A stretch of DNA of 51,245 bases from Eubacteriaceae bacterium (GCA_028705955.1 JAQWCN010000001.1:5247-56491); one strand, 5' to 3'; positions 24,213 to 33,694 are shown, counted from the stretch's first letter. Notes: a model not told the origin generated them from the letters alone. Translations and numbers: made by a program.

Positions 24213-26010
24213 GGGGATCCTCCTGATAGGAAAGGTACAGGTGGGCGGGAAAATCCCGTCCGCTGCGAACACTCACCCGCGTTCCGGCATCGGTATAGGC
24301 TGTATTTATAATGTCGGCATCGTCGTGGAGGCGGGCCAGAACTTTGCTGTCTGCATAAGGAATCAAATAGGTATAGATTTGGGTTTGACCGTTCAGGTGA
24401 TCACTGACGGCAGCCATAAGCTCCGGAAGGCCGTCCCCGGTTCTGGCACTGATGACAAAAGCGCCAGTGCGTTTGGCCCGGAGGCGAAGACCGTCAGCGG
24501 CAGAGGGGAGAAGTTTGTCGACTTTATTGTACACAAGCAGACAGTCGACACCCTGGGCCCCGATGTCCCGGGTCACTTGCTGGACGACATCGATGTGTCG
24601 GGCAGCGTTGGGATTGGCGGCGTCAATCACGTGGAGGAGCAGGTCGGCGCTTTGAACTTCCGACAAGGTGGTCTGAAAGGCGTTGATCAAATCGTGGGGA
24701 AGTTTTTCAATAAATCCAACCGTATCTGAGAGAAGATAGCGGCCGTATTGGGGACGGATTTTACGAACAGTGGCATCCAGGGTGACGAAGAGGCCATCTT
24801 TCATGGCCACGTCACTTTCGGTCAGGGTGTTGAACAAGGTGCTTTTGCCGGAGTTTGTGTAGCCGACGAGGCTGACGGTCCGGATATGGTTTTTGGAGCG
24901 GCGCTTGGCGCTCAGGGTATTGGTCTTGACCGTTTGGTTGAGCTGCCGGCGCAGTTCATCCACCTGGCGGCGAATGTGGCGGCGGTCAGTTTCAAGTTGT
25001 TTTTCACCGGGCCCCCGGGTGCCGATGCCTCCGCCGGTCCGGGAGAGGACAAGGCCCAGGCCTTTAAGGTGACTCAGGCGGTAACGCTGCTGGGCCAGTT
25101 CAACCTGAAGTTTGCCTTCCCGGGTGGTGGCGTGCCGGGCGAAGATATCGAGGATGACAGTGGTGCGGTCGATGGTCTTGACACCGGTCAAGGTTTCAAT
25201 GGTGGCAATCTGGCTGCTGACCAGTTCGTCATTGGTGATGATCAGATTGGCGTTGAGATTTTGAACGGTCCGGACCGTTTCCAGAATTTTCCCTTTGCCC
25301 AGATAAGTTAAGGCGTCGGGCTGGAGCCGGTTTTGTACAGTTTGTCCGACGACGGTGCACCCGGCGGTGGTGGCCAGCCGGGCCAGTTCGTTCATGGAGT
25401 CGTCGATGGCGATGGCTTCGGTCCGGCTGGTGGGTGCGACGCCAAGCAGCAGGGCGCGCTCACGTTCACCTTCGGTGTGATAAAACTGATCCATTGTTTT
25501 GCGAAGGTCCCGGTTGACCCGATGGACACAGGCGCTTAAGGGCACTTCGTTTAAGGTTTTGAGATCCGGCAGGATCGATAAACGGTAACTCAGGCCGTCA
25601 GCGGTGCAAAGGGGCAGGGCAATGCCAAAACGGTCGGAGGTGCCGGCTTTAACCCCAATGGCAATCATGGCCTGGAGCCGCTCCTGCCTGGCGGAGGAGA
25701 GGTCTTCTTCCGACAGCACCGGGGAGCCGCTGGGATGGGTATGGATGGCCCGGAGCCGGGAGAGTCCCGGACCGCCGGAAGTGGTGCGGGCGGGGAAACG
25801 GGCGCTGGTGGCATCCCCGACGCATACGTCTTCCACGATGCCCCGGTCGTTAATGAGCAGCAAAATTTCCCGGTTCAGTTGAAGGGTGGTATCGTGGAGC
25901 AGGGTCAGAATATCCGGGTCCAGAATCCCTTCTGTCAGTTTCGTTTTTTTGAGAGCATTCAGCTTTTTTAGGACAGTGCGCCGGATGCCGTCGGTTTGGC
26001 GATCGGTCAT
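24202..26010 (-). CDS. hflX: GTPase HflX with an N-terminal extension of about 180 aa carrying a JAB/MPN (RadC-like) metalloprotease motif
   Basis: The HflX N-domain and G-domain are present (VSLVGYTNSGKSTLFNTLT; DTVGFI; NKVD). The strong SD AAGGAGGAGG precedes the first ATG. Residues 90-103 read HTHPSGSPVLSEED, which fits HxHx7Sx2D. Confidence 0.85.
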   Translation of the reverse strand: MTDRQTDGIRRTVLKKLNALKKTKLTEGILDPDILTLLHDTTLQLNREILLLINDRGIVEDVCVGDATSARFPARTTSGGPGLSRLRAIHTHPSGSPVLSEEDLSSARQERLQAMIAIGVKAGTSDRFGIALPLCTADGLSYRLSILPDLKTLNEVPLSACVHRVNRDLRKTMDQFYHTEGERERALLLGVAPTSRTEAIAIDDSMNELARLATTAGCTVVGQTVQNRLQPDALTYLGKGKILETVRTVQNLNANLIITNDELVSSQIATIETLTGVKTIDRTTVILDIFARHATTREGKLQVELAQQRYRLSHLKGLGLVLSRTGGGIGTRGPGEKQLETDRRHIRRQVDELRRQLNQTVKTNTLSAKRRSKNHIRTVSLVGYTNSGKSTLFNTLTESDVAMKDGLFVTLDATVRKIRPQYGRYLLSDTVGFIEKLPHDLINAFQTTLSEVQSADLLLHVIDAANPNAARHIDVVQQVTRDIGAQGVDCLLVYNKVDKLLPSAADGLRLRAKRTGAFVISARTGDGLPELMAAVSDHLNGQTQIYTYLIPYADSKVLARLHDDADIINTAYTDAGTRVSVRSGRDFPAHLYLSYQEDPHEA

Positions 26011-26232
26011 GGTTCCTCCTCCTTGAAGATCATTTATTATTTTATTATAGCATAGAAGTCATTTTGGATGATAGACTGGGAATCGGGAAACCCAGCTCCC
26101 TTTTTGGATGAAGAAGGGAGAAGCATAGCATTTCTGTGAATTGGCGTAAAAGAAGGATAAACCGGGTTAAAACATTTACATCCTATGCTATAATATATAA
26201 ATCAACAACCAAAACAACAGAAGGGGAATGTC

Positions 26233-27279
26233 ATGTTTAAAAAAACACAGAATTCTGCAAAAAATCCGGATAAAAAAGAGAAAAAGAAATGGTCAAAGAA
26301 AAAGAAAATTATAACCGGCGTGATTGTTGTGGCAGCGCTTTTGATCATCACTATCGGCGTGAACATTGCCAAGGGAATGAACAGCACCACTGCGGTGAAT
26401 GCGACCACATTAAAAAAGGGGGATATCCAGCGAACGGTATCGACAACCGGGACCACAGAAAGTACGGAAGTGACCGTGGTATCCGATAACACCGGGCTGC
26501 CGGTATGGTCCATCGATGTATCCGTCGGCAGTGTTGTCAATAAGGGCGACAGGCTGTGCCAGCTTTATAATGAACAGGCAACGGAAGAAAAGGATAAGTG
26601 GGTATCCGTATACGCCACGGCTTCCGGAACGATTACGGCGATCAATGCCAAAAGCGGTATGGCGGCTTCGGGCAGTCTGTTTACCATTGAAAATACCAAC
26701 AGCTTGCGCATATCGGCCAAAATTAAACAGTCCGATTTGGGATCGGTGCGTTCCGGCATGGCAGTGATTATAAAAACCGACGCCACCGGAGATAAAGAAT
26801 ATTCGGGAACCCTGCAGGCCATCGCGCCGTCGGCAACGGGAAGTACAGACAGCACGGGGACAGCGACAGCGTCTGGCACATCTTCGTCCAGTAATCCGGA
26901 GTTTAAGGGGATCGTGAGTATCGATTCAGACACTTCTGATCTGCGCATCGGGATGAAGACCAATCTGGAAATTATCGTAGAAAAAAAACAGGGAGTATAC
27001 AGCGTGGATTACAGCGCCATTACCACCGATGACAGCGGGGCCAATGTCGTTTATGTCGCGGCGGATGAAACCAACGGGGTGTACACGGTCAAGGCCGTTC
27101 CGGTAACGACGGGGATCGAATCGGATTTTGCCGTGGAGATTACCGGATCCGGTTTAAGTGACGGCCTGCCGGTGATTACCGATATCAGCAAGGTGAAACC
27201 GGGAGCCAAGGTTACCCTGAACCAGAATACAACAAGCAATACGACAAGCCAGGCAGGAGCGGAAGATGCCAGCAGTTGA
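26233..27279 (+). CDS. HlyD/MacA-type membrane-fusion (periplasmic adaptor) protein
   Basis: An N-terminal TM anchor is followed by lipoyl/beta-barrel motifs (VSVGSVVNKGDRLCQL; GTITAINAKSGM; ISAKIKQSDLGSVRSGMAVIIK) and a Ser/Thr-rich linker. Confidence 0.75.
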   Translation: MFKKTQNSAKNPDKKEKKKWSKKKKIITGVIVVAALLIITIGVNIAKGMNSTTAVNATTLKKGDIQRTVSTTGTTESTEVTVVSDNTGLPVWSIDVSVGSVVNKGDRLCQLYNEQATEEKDKWVSVYATASGTITAINAKSGMAASGSLFTIENTNSLRISAKIKQSDLGSVRSGMAVIIKTDATGDKEYSGTLQAIAPSATGSTDSTGTATASGTSSSSNPEFKGIVSIDSDTSDLRIGMKTNLEIIVEKKQGVYSVDYSAITTDDSGANVVYVAADETNGVYTVKAVPVTTGIESDFAVEITGSGLSDGLPVITDISKVKPGAKVTLNQNTTSNTTSQAGAEDASS

Positions 27280-27357
27280 GATAAAAACACAATGTCACAA
27301 CCGGTATGACAGATGAACAAAAAGGTTTGACAGCATTATCGCAGATGGAGGAGATGT

Positions 27358-28612
27358 ATGAATAAATTATGGGAATATATCAAGCTGGCACTGGAAGGGC
27401 TGAAGGCTGATAAAAAAAGAACGGTGCTCACGACGCTGGGAATTGTTGTCGGGATAGCCTCGGTGATTATCATCAACACCTTTGGAACGTTTGTGTCGGA
27501 TATGCTCAAAAAAAAGTAATGAAGCCGATCTGCTGGGGCAGAACATTCAGATTAAACTGATTGACGCGGAGGCGAAGGACGACGGGGATGATGCCAGCAT
27601 CAGCGATACGGTCATTGACCCGGCCGATTACATTACCGATGAAATGATCAGTCAGTATAAGAGTAAATACGGCACCAGCATTGTGGGCATTGAGCAAAGT
27701 TCGGAACTCAATTCCTACGGCAAAGTCAAAAGCGGACTCCAGGAACAAAAATTTAAACTGACAGGAATCAACGGGGATTACTCCAATGTGAAGGCTGTTA
27801 ACATAACGATGGGGCGCAGCATTATGGACCGGGATGACGAAGGGACCAAAAATGTCATTGTTATATCCAGTGATCTGTCAAAAAAACTGTACGGGGAGAA
27901 TGCCTATCCCATTGGTCAGAAGCTCGCAGTAGAAACCAATTATGGAACCCGGGATCTTTATGTGATCGGTGTGTTTAGCAAAAAATTAACGGAAAGCAGC
28001 CGCGAATTTGCTTACATTCCCATGGCCACGGCCAATGATATCTCAGGAAGTGTGTCCACCGGATACCCGATGATCACGGTCATGGTCAAAAACAGTGAGG
28101 ATCTGAAGGCCTTTATGAATAAGACGTCCAGCTTTTTCTCTTCCTGGTACAAGGGAAAAACGTGTAAAGTGAGTGTCCAGGAGGAAAAAGAAGTGCAGAA
28201 AAAAAACCAGGATAGTTTTCAGATGATCTCAACGATGCTGACCGTCATTGGGGGAATTTCCCTGCTGGTCGGAGGCATTGGCGTTATGAATGTCATGCTG
28301 ATTTCGGTGACGGAAAGGACGCGGGAAATCGGTATCCGCAAGGCGCTGGGGGCTCCCAACAGTGCCATTCAAATTCAATTTATTGTGGAATCCATGATTA
28401 TGTGTCTGGCAGGGGGGATCATCGGGATGGCCATCGGCTTTGCAGCGGTTTATATCACGTTTGCGCTCTTTCTTAACACAAGTTTTACGATTCATCCAGA
28501 GGTTGTGCTCATTGCCATTGGTTTTTCCATGGCCATTGGGGTATTTTTCGGGGTTTATCCAGCCAATAGAGCGGCCAGACTTAACCCGATTGAAGCACTG
28601 CGCTACGAATAA
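27358..28612 (+). pseudogene. MacB/FtsX-type ABC permease, frameshifted at an A8 run (27508-27515)
   Basis: Frame 1 encodes MNKLWEYIKLALEGLKADKKRTVLTTLGIVVGIASVIIINTFG...MLKKK*, with its stop at 27517. Frame 2 continues as SNEADLLGQNIQIKL... through the MacB periplasmic domain and the FtsX C-terminal TMs (REIGIRKALGA). Deleting one A would restore a single ORF. Confidence 0.75.
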
Positions 28613-28685
28613 ACAAACACTGGCCGCCTAAGGAAAAGCCTGGTCGGGGTGTGGTACACTGTACACAGAACGTGAGGGATATAAT

Positions 28686-29495
28686 ATGGATAACAAAAAG
28701 AAAGCCCGCCGGATTGTTATTATCATGATCGTTATGATTGCAGTTGTGGCGGCTTTGGGCGCGGGTCTCTGGATCGAGGAACAAAGCGATGAAAAGAACC
28801 GCCAGCAGGGCGCCGATACACTGGCGAAAGCCGTTGGAGAGCGCTACACCCAAATTGTACAAAATACCGGAGAAACGGGTGTTTGGGCTGCTTACCTGGA
28901 AAATCCGGCGGATGAAACCGGGGAAACAAAAGCCCAGGCGGCCTTAAAGACAGTCAAGTCCAAAACGGCGGACAGTCTATCCGTGACGCTGATGAATACA
29001 TCCGGCCAGGTTTTGATGTCAACCGATGGGGGACAAACCGGAAAAAATGCCGGGAATACCAACGCCCTTAAGCAATTGAACACCGCCGGCCAGGTTTACA
29101 GTGAACTCAGCGTGGAAAAGGGGCTGCCGGTGATGGTAGTGAGCCGGCCACTCATCCAGGGCAATGATACAATCGTTGGTGTACTCGAAATAAAAAGTGA
29201 CCTTTCAGCGCTCAAAAATCAGGTTGCAGATCAGCTGGACAGCAATATGAGTTTTTGGATCGTTGATAATAACGGGAAAGGGCTGCGCTTGACGGCCAAG
29301 GCAGGCTGGGAAACGGCTCTCCGGGATTTGTCCAAAGACAAAGAAGGCCCTTCGGCGCTGGCTGTCGGTCTGGAGCAGCAGACCTGGCAGGAATCCCAGG
29401 GTATACTCAGTTACAGCATGGATGGGGAACAGACCAAGGCGGCCTATAAAACGATTGATAGTCTGGGCTGGGCGGTTGTGGCCGGCCCACGATAA
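28686..29495 (+). CDS. Membrane-anchored extracytoplasmic Cache/PDC-like sensor domain protein with no output domain
   Basis: One N-terminal TM is followed by an alpha/beta domain of about 230 aa that resembles a double-PDC sensor (weak call). The ORF ends where TM2 would be expected. Confidence 0.45.
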   Translation: MDNKKKARRIVIIMIVMIAVVAALGAGLWIEEQSDEKNRQQGADTLAKAVGERYTQIVQNTGETGVWAAYLENPADETGETKAQAALKTVKSKTADSLSVTLMNTSGQVLMSTDGGQTGKNAGNTNALKQLNTAGQVYSELSVEKGLPVMVVSRPLIQGNDTIVGVLEIKSDLSALKNQVADQLDSNMSFWIVDNNGKGLRLTAKAGWETALRDLSKDKEGPSALAVGLEQQTWQESQGILSYSMDGEQTKAAYKTIDSLGWAVVAGPR

Positions 29496-29509
29496 AGCAT
29501 TTAAAATAA

Positions 29510-29544
29510 AAAACCCTCTTTCCCAACGGAAAGAGGGTTTTTTA
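29510..29544. terminator. Bidirectional intrinsic terminator
   Basis: AAAAACCCTCTTTCC-caac-GGAAAGAGGGTTTTTT hairpin. Confidence 0.8.
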
Positions 29545-29575
29545 ATGCACAGAATTATCATCATGAAGGGGGTCC

Positions 29576-31564
29576 TTATTGGAAACGGGCAGGTTGCTTA
29601 TACAGCAAGAGGCGCATGGCGTTGAGGATGCACAGGAAAGCGACCCCGGTATCGGCAAAGACCGCCAGCCACAAATTGGCATAAATGCCGGTGATTCCGA
29701 GGATCATCACGGCGATTTTAATGGTCAGGGCGAAGATAACATTTTGCAGGGCGATATGCTGGGTGTGTCGTGAAAGAGCGATGGATTCCGGAATGGCATT
29801 CATATCGGAACGCATGTACACCACATCTGCCGCTTCGAGGGCGGCATCCGCACCGCTGCCCATGGCAGCCCCCACGTCGGCTCCGGCCAGAACCGGCGCA
29901 TCGTTAATCCCGTCCCCGACAAACAGCACAGGGCCGTGGGTTTGCCGGATGTTTTTTAAGGTTTCAAGCTTTTCTTCCGGAAGCAGCCGGGCATGAACGT
30001 CTTCAATCCCTGCTTTGCGGGCGATGGCCCGGGCACTGTCAACGGTATCCCCGGTAAGCATGGCGGTGACAAGATTTTCGTGCCGGAGCCGGGCGATGGC
30101 ACCGGGCGCTTCGGCCTTAAGGGTATCGGCAATGACAATGGATCCGGCGTACCGGCCGTCAACTGCGAGCAGAACTTCAGATCCCTGGTCTGATTTCTGA
30201 TAACAGGAACAATCCACCGAAAAGTGTTCCATGAGTTTAAGGTTGCCGCAGAGCAGAGACTGCCCCTTGAGCACTGCAGAAATGCCTTTGCCGGGAAGCT
30301 CGGTTATCTTTTCGGGCCGGGACACGTCCAGATTTTTGGCTTTGGCCGCGGCAGAAATGCTGGTGCCGATGGGATGGGTAGAGCCTTGCTCGCAAGCGGC
30401 GCAGAGGGCCAGAAGCGTCTCCTCAGAAGGACCGCCGGACACCGGGTTCAACCGCTGAACGCTAAAATTGCCCTCTGTAATGGTGCCGGTTTTGTCCATA
30501 ACGACGGCTTTAATGGTGGCCAGAGTCTCCATGACAACGCCGCCCTTAAATAAAATGCCCTGCCGGGAGCCGGAACCAATGCCACAGAAGAAAGCCAGGG
30601 GAACAGAAAGAACCAGGGCACAGGGACAGCTCATGACCAGAAAGCTCAAGGCGGTGTAGACCCAGGGATAAAAAGACTGACCGGTGACGAGGGGCATACC
30701 GACAGCGGTTAAAACCGCAATCCCCACGACAACAGGGGTGTAGATCCGGGCAAACCGGGTGATAAAGGCGTCGATGTGAGGTTTGCTGGCCGCGGCATTT
30801 TCCACGGAATTTAAAATTCGGGAAACCATGGAATCCGCCAACACGTTGGTGACCCGGATTCGGATCACCCCGGTTGTGTTCACACAGCCGGAGATCACCG
30901 CATCTCCCCGAACGGCCCGGACGGGAACGGGTTCGCCGGTTACCGCAGAGGTGTCGAGACGGGTTTCTCCGTCCACCACTGTGCCGTCAAGGGGAATCCG
31001 GTCCCCGGGGCGGACCATTAAAATATCGCCCACCCGGGCTTCTTTTGCGGCAATCTCCTGAACGGTGTCCCCGGTCACCCGATTGACCACCTCAGGCCGG
31101 AGATCCACGGCGTCCATAATTTGGCTGCGGCTGCGGCCAACCGCGTAATCTTCAAAAGCTTCTCCAATTCGGAAGAAAAGCATCACACCCACGGCTTCCG
31201 GGTACTGAGCGATGGCAAAAGCGCCAAGGGTCGCGACGCTCATTAAAAAGTTTTCGTCAAAAACGTGGCCGGAGAATAAATTTTTGATAGCCGTCCAGAC
31301 GACTTCGCCGCCGAGAATGAAATAAGCGCAGACAAAACCGAGAATCATGGGCAGGGGGTAATCCCCGCCGGTCACCTGGTGAATGATGATCAGACCGAGA
31401 TAGAGCAACGTGCCGGCGATCAGGGTAATGCGGTCTTTATGATCGGCTTTGGGGTGAACGTGATCGTGTTCACAGCCACAGGATGGTGTGTGGGAATGAC
31501 CGTGGTCATGGCCGCAGGCGCAGCCGATTTCCCGGGCGGTCGAAGAGGAATGAGATTCGTGCAT
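29576..31564 (-). CDS. Heavy-metal (Zn/Cd/Co-type, CPC) P1B-type ATPase with His/Cys-rich N-terminus
   Basis: Motifs CPCALVLS, DKTGTIT, GDGINDAP and TGEP are present. The N-terminus reads CACGHDHGHSHTPSCGCEHDHVH. The start is placed at MHESHSS (nt 31564), which has SD AAGGAG. Confidence 0.9.
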   Translation of the reverse strand: MHESHSSSTAREIGCACGHDHGHSHTPSCGCEHDHVHPKADHKDRITLIAGTLLYLGLIIIHQVTGGDYPLPMILGFVCAYFILGGEVVWTAIKNLFSGHVFDENFLMSVATLGAFAIAQYPEAVGVMLFFRIGEAFEDYAVGRSRSQIMDAVDLRPEVVNRVTGDTVQEIAAKEARVGDILMVRPGDRIPLDGTVVDGETRLDTSAVTGEPVPVRAVRGDAVISGCVNTTGVIRIRVTNVLADSMVSRILNSVENAAASKPHIDAFITRFARIYTPVVVGIAVLTAVGMPLVTGQSFYPWVYTALSFLVMSCPCALVLSVPLAFFCGIGSGSRQGILFKGGVVMETLATIKAVVMDKTGTITEGNFSVQRLNPVSGGPSEETLLALCAACEQGSTHPIGTSISAAAKAKNLDVSRPEKITELPGKGISAVLKGQSLLCGNLKLMEHFSVDCSCYQKSDQGSEVLLAVDGRYAGSIVIADTLKAEAPGAIARLRHENLVTAMLTGDTVDSARAIARKAGIEDVHARLLPEEKLETLKNIRQTHGPVLFVGDGINDAPVLAGADVGAAMGSGADAALEAADVVYMRSDMNAIPESIALSRHTQHIALQNVIFALTIKIAVMILGITGIYANLWLAVFADTGVAFLCILNAMRLLLYKQPARFQ

Positions 31565-31580
31565 GAGGGTCTCCTTTTTA

Positions 31581-31617
31581 ATATTAATACATGAATGATT
31601 GTTCATATATTGATATT
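31581..31617. promoter_or_regulatory. AT-rich imperfect palindrome upstream of the metal ATPase (candidate metalloregulator operator)
   Basis: The core ATGAATGATTGTTCAT (31591-31606, ATGAA-N6-TTCAT) has partly symmetric flanks. It starts 17 nt upstream of the ATPase start codon. Confidence 0.35.
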
Positions 31618-31906
31618 AGAGCAGAAATCCGGTTTTGTCAACTGTTTTTTAATGGATTTACCAGATCATTTTTCAATTGACAGGATCATGAAGTCAGTCA
31701 GGACAGCAGAGTATTCAAAGTGTCTTGCCGGTATCGGTTGAAAGGAGAGGATAAAAAACAGTGGCACTTGTTTCTGATATCGGTTATAATAACTGAAAAC
31801 GAATGCTCAATCATGAGAATGACAACAAAAGGGTCGATAAAAGATCATCCCGGATTTTACCATCGATTCCAATGAACGGCTCCTTGAGAAGCTCAACACC
31901 GGTTCG

Positions 31907-33508
31907 TTGGGGAACGCAACGGCTGATCTTCAGGATCAGAGTGCCATTGAAACGGATGAAGGCGCCACCTGCGGATATTCTCAGCACGACCAAAGTCTTG
32001 TGGATATGGAAGATCTTCGGGACCGGATGGCGGCTAATGACCTGGAGACTCAGGGTGCTGGCTACAAGGTCGGTGACAAGAAGGGGATCTATGGCTCAAG
32101 TGAAAAAGATGATCATACACTTTATAATATGACTTGTCAGGGTATCGGTACAAGTTGCACAGTCTGGGTCCAGGATGGTAAAACCTTTGATGGGGATACA
32201 GAAGAAAGCGTTAAAAATTTAATCAGGATATTTGATGCGATGTATCCTAAAATGGTGGAGAATTATGGCAGTGGTGAAAAAATTGATGTGGATAAGGACG
32301 GTAAGATCGCTTTGATGGTTTACGAAATGGATCCGAGCTTTCTGGGTTATTTTTGGGACAGGGATCTAAATACCCGATCCCAAAATGATCCTTACGGCAA
32401 TGGTATGGATATGCCCAATTTGAATATTGTCCCCAGGGACATCAATAATTTATACAATACCATGACCCACGAGTGTCAGCATTTGGTCAACTTTGCGGTG
32501 ACGGGTGGCAATTCAGACTCCTGGCTCAATGAGACGTTTTCCCAATGCGCATCACCGGTCTGTGGAATAGAAAACCTCGCACGGGATACTTATACGAATA
32601 AATTGACAACAGCAATCGGTGAACGGGGTTGTACCATCCCCTTTATTTTTGACAAAACCTATGTTGCGAATTTTGACAAAAAAAGTGACTATGAATGGAT
32701 GAATAGCACGGTTTACGCCAGCTGGTTCCTGTTTGGCACGTATCTTTCAGCCCAGACGCAGGGCGTTGACGGTGGGGGCAATAGCATTTATAAGACCGTT
32801 TTAGACACGCATGCGTGCACGATGGATTCTTTGATCTCGGTGCTCACCAACATGGGAGTGATTGGCCCGGACACCGACACCACGGATATGCCCGCTTTTG
32901 TCAACAACTTTAATCTGGCCCTCAAGCTGCAAGATGAGGAGGGGGCCTACGGTTTTAACGGCATGGACATTACCGGCTTTCAGTATCCCGAAGTAACGGC
33001 CACCGCTCTGCCTGCACAGTTGTGGGGCGGTGGAGCAGCCAGCTTTTCGAACAGTTCCCCCGATACGGCGTTTATACCGACGAATGCGGCGGAATCCATG
33101 CTTTTTGCCAGTGTGGATCCCGAGGCACTGGACAGGGTTACGGCTGATGTTCCGGATGGCGAAGTTTCGGCGGGAACAACCATCTCTCTGACCTGCACCA
33201 ACACCGGCGATGTGACGATTCGTTATACAATGGCAAGTGATGGTACTACGCCGGCGGATCCGACAGAGGACAGCGCAGCTTATCAGAAGCCAATTGCGAT
33301 CAACAGCAGTACGGTGATTGTTGCCCGGGTTTTTGGCGCAGATGGCCGTCAAAGCAAGGCGAATACTTTTACCTACACAGTAGCAACACAGCAGCGGTCG
33401 ACCAACACTAAAACCGGGGTTGAAGGAGGAACCCACCTGCCCCTGGCTGTGATTCTGATTTTAATGGCAACGGCCACAGCGGGTGTGCTGGTTTGGAAGA
33501 AAAGATAA
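31907..33508 (+). CDS. Gluzincin-type metallopeptidase with chitobiase/FN3-like C-terminal domain and sortase-type signal (NTKTG); the 5' end looks truncated or disrupted
   Basis: HECQH lies at 32468-32482 and is followed by SWLNETFS, giving an HExxH-x16-E pattern. The C-terminus reads ...NTKTGVEGGTHLPLAVILILMATATAGVLVWKKR. No signal peptide appears in any frame upstream. The frame is open only from 31841 and has no ATG before the TTG at 31907. Confidence 0.6.
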   Translation: MGNATADLQDQSAIETDEGATCGYSQHDQSLVDMEDLRDRMAANDLETQGAGYKVGDKKGIYGSSEKDDHTLYNMTCQGIGTSCTVWVQDGKTFDGDTEESVKNLIRIFDAMYPKMVENYGSGEKIDVDKDGKIALMVYEMDPSFLGYFWDRDLNTRSQNDPYGNGMDMPNLNIVPRDINNLYNTMTHECQHLVNFAVTGGNSDSWLNETFSQCASPVCGIENLARDTYTNKLTTAIGERGCTIPFIFDKTYVANFDKKSDYEWMNSTVYASWFLFGTYLSAQTQGVDGGGNSIYKTVLDTHACTMDSLISVLTNMGVIGPDTDTTDMPAFVNNFNLALKLQDEEGAYGFNGMDITGFQYPEVTATALPAQLWGGGAASFSNSSPDTAFIPTNAAESMLFASVDPEALDRVTADVPDGEVSAGTTISLTCTNTGDVTIRYTMASDGTTPADPTEDSAAYQKPIAINSSTVIVARVFGADGRQSKANTFTYTVATQQRSTNTKTGVEGGTHLPLAVILILMATATAGVLVWKKR

Positions 33509-33612
33509 ATTTTGAATGATAAGTGTTGGTATTGATGGATGAATGGATTTTTTCTATATAGAGGGATAAGACCAGAGTTCACAAGCATGGGAAAATAAAA
33601 AGGATTGTTCCG

Positions 33613-33649
33613 GCAAAGAAGCGGGCGGAGCCGCTTCTTTGCTTTTTTT
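33613..33649 (+). terminator. Intrinsic terminator of the metallopeptidase gene
   Basis: GCAAAGAAGCGG-gcggag-CCGCTTCTTTGC hairpin followed by TTTTTTT. Confidence 0.8.
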
Positions 33650-33656
33650 ATTGCCA

Positions 33657-33686
33657 ATAAAAAATCCGCTGCGTAAAAACAGCGGA
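33657..33686 (-). terminator. Intrinsic terminator of the ATP-grasp gene
   Basis: The minus strand reads TCCGCTG-tttttacg-CAGCGGA followed by TTTTTTATT. Confidence 0.65.
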
Positions 33687-33694
33687 AAAAGAAC

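Noticed and set aside
31803-32132. 109-aa plus-strand ORF overlapping the start of the metallopeptidase gene
   Set aside because: It is out of frame with the peptidase, Arg/Trp-rich, and has no signal peptide or SD. It is more likely a by-product of the disrupted 5' region than a gene.
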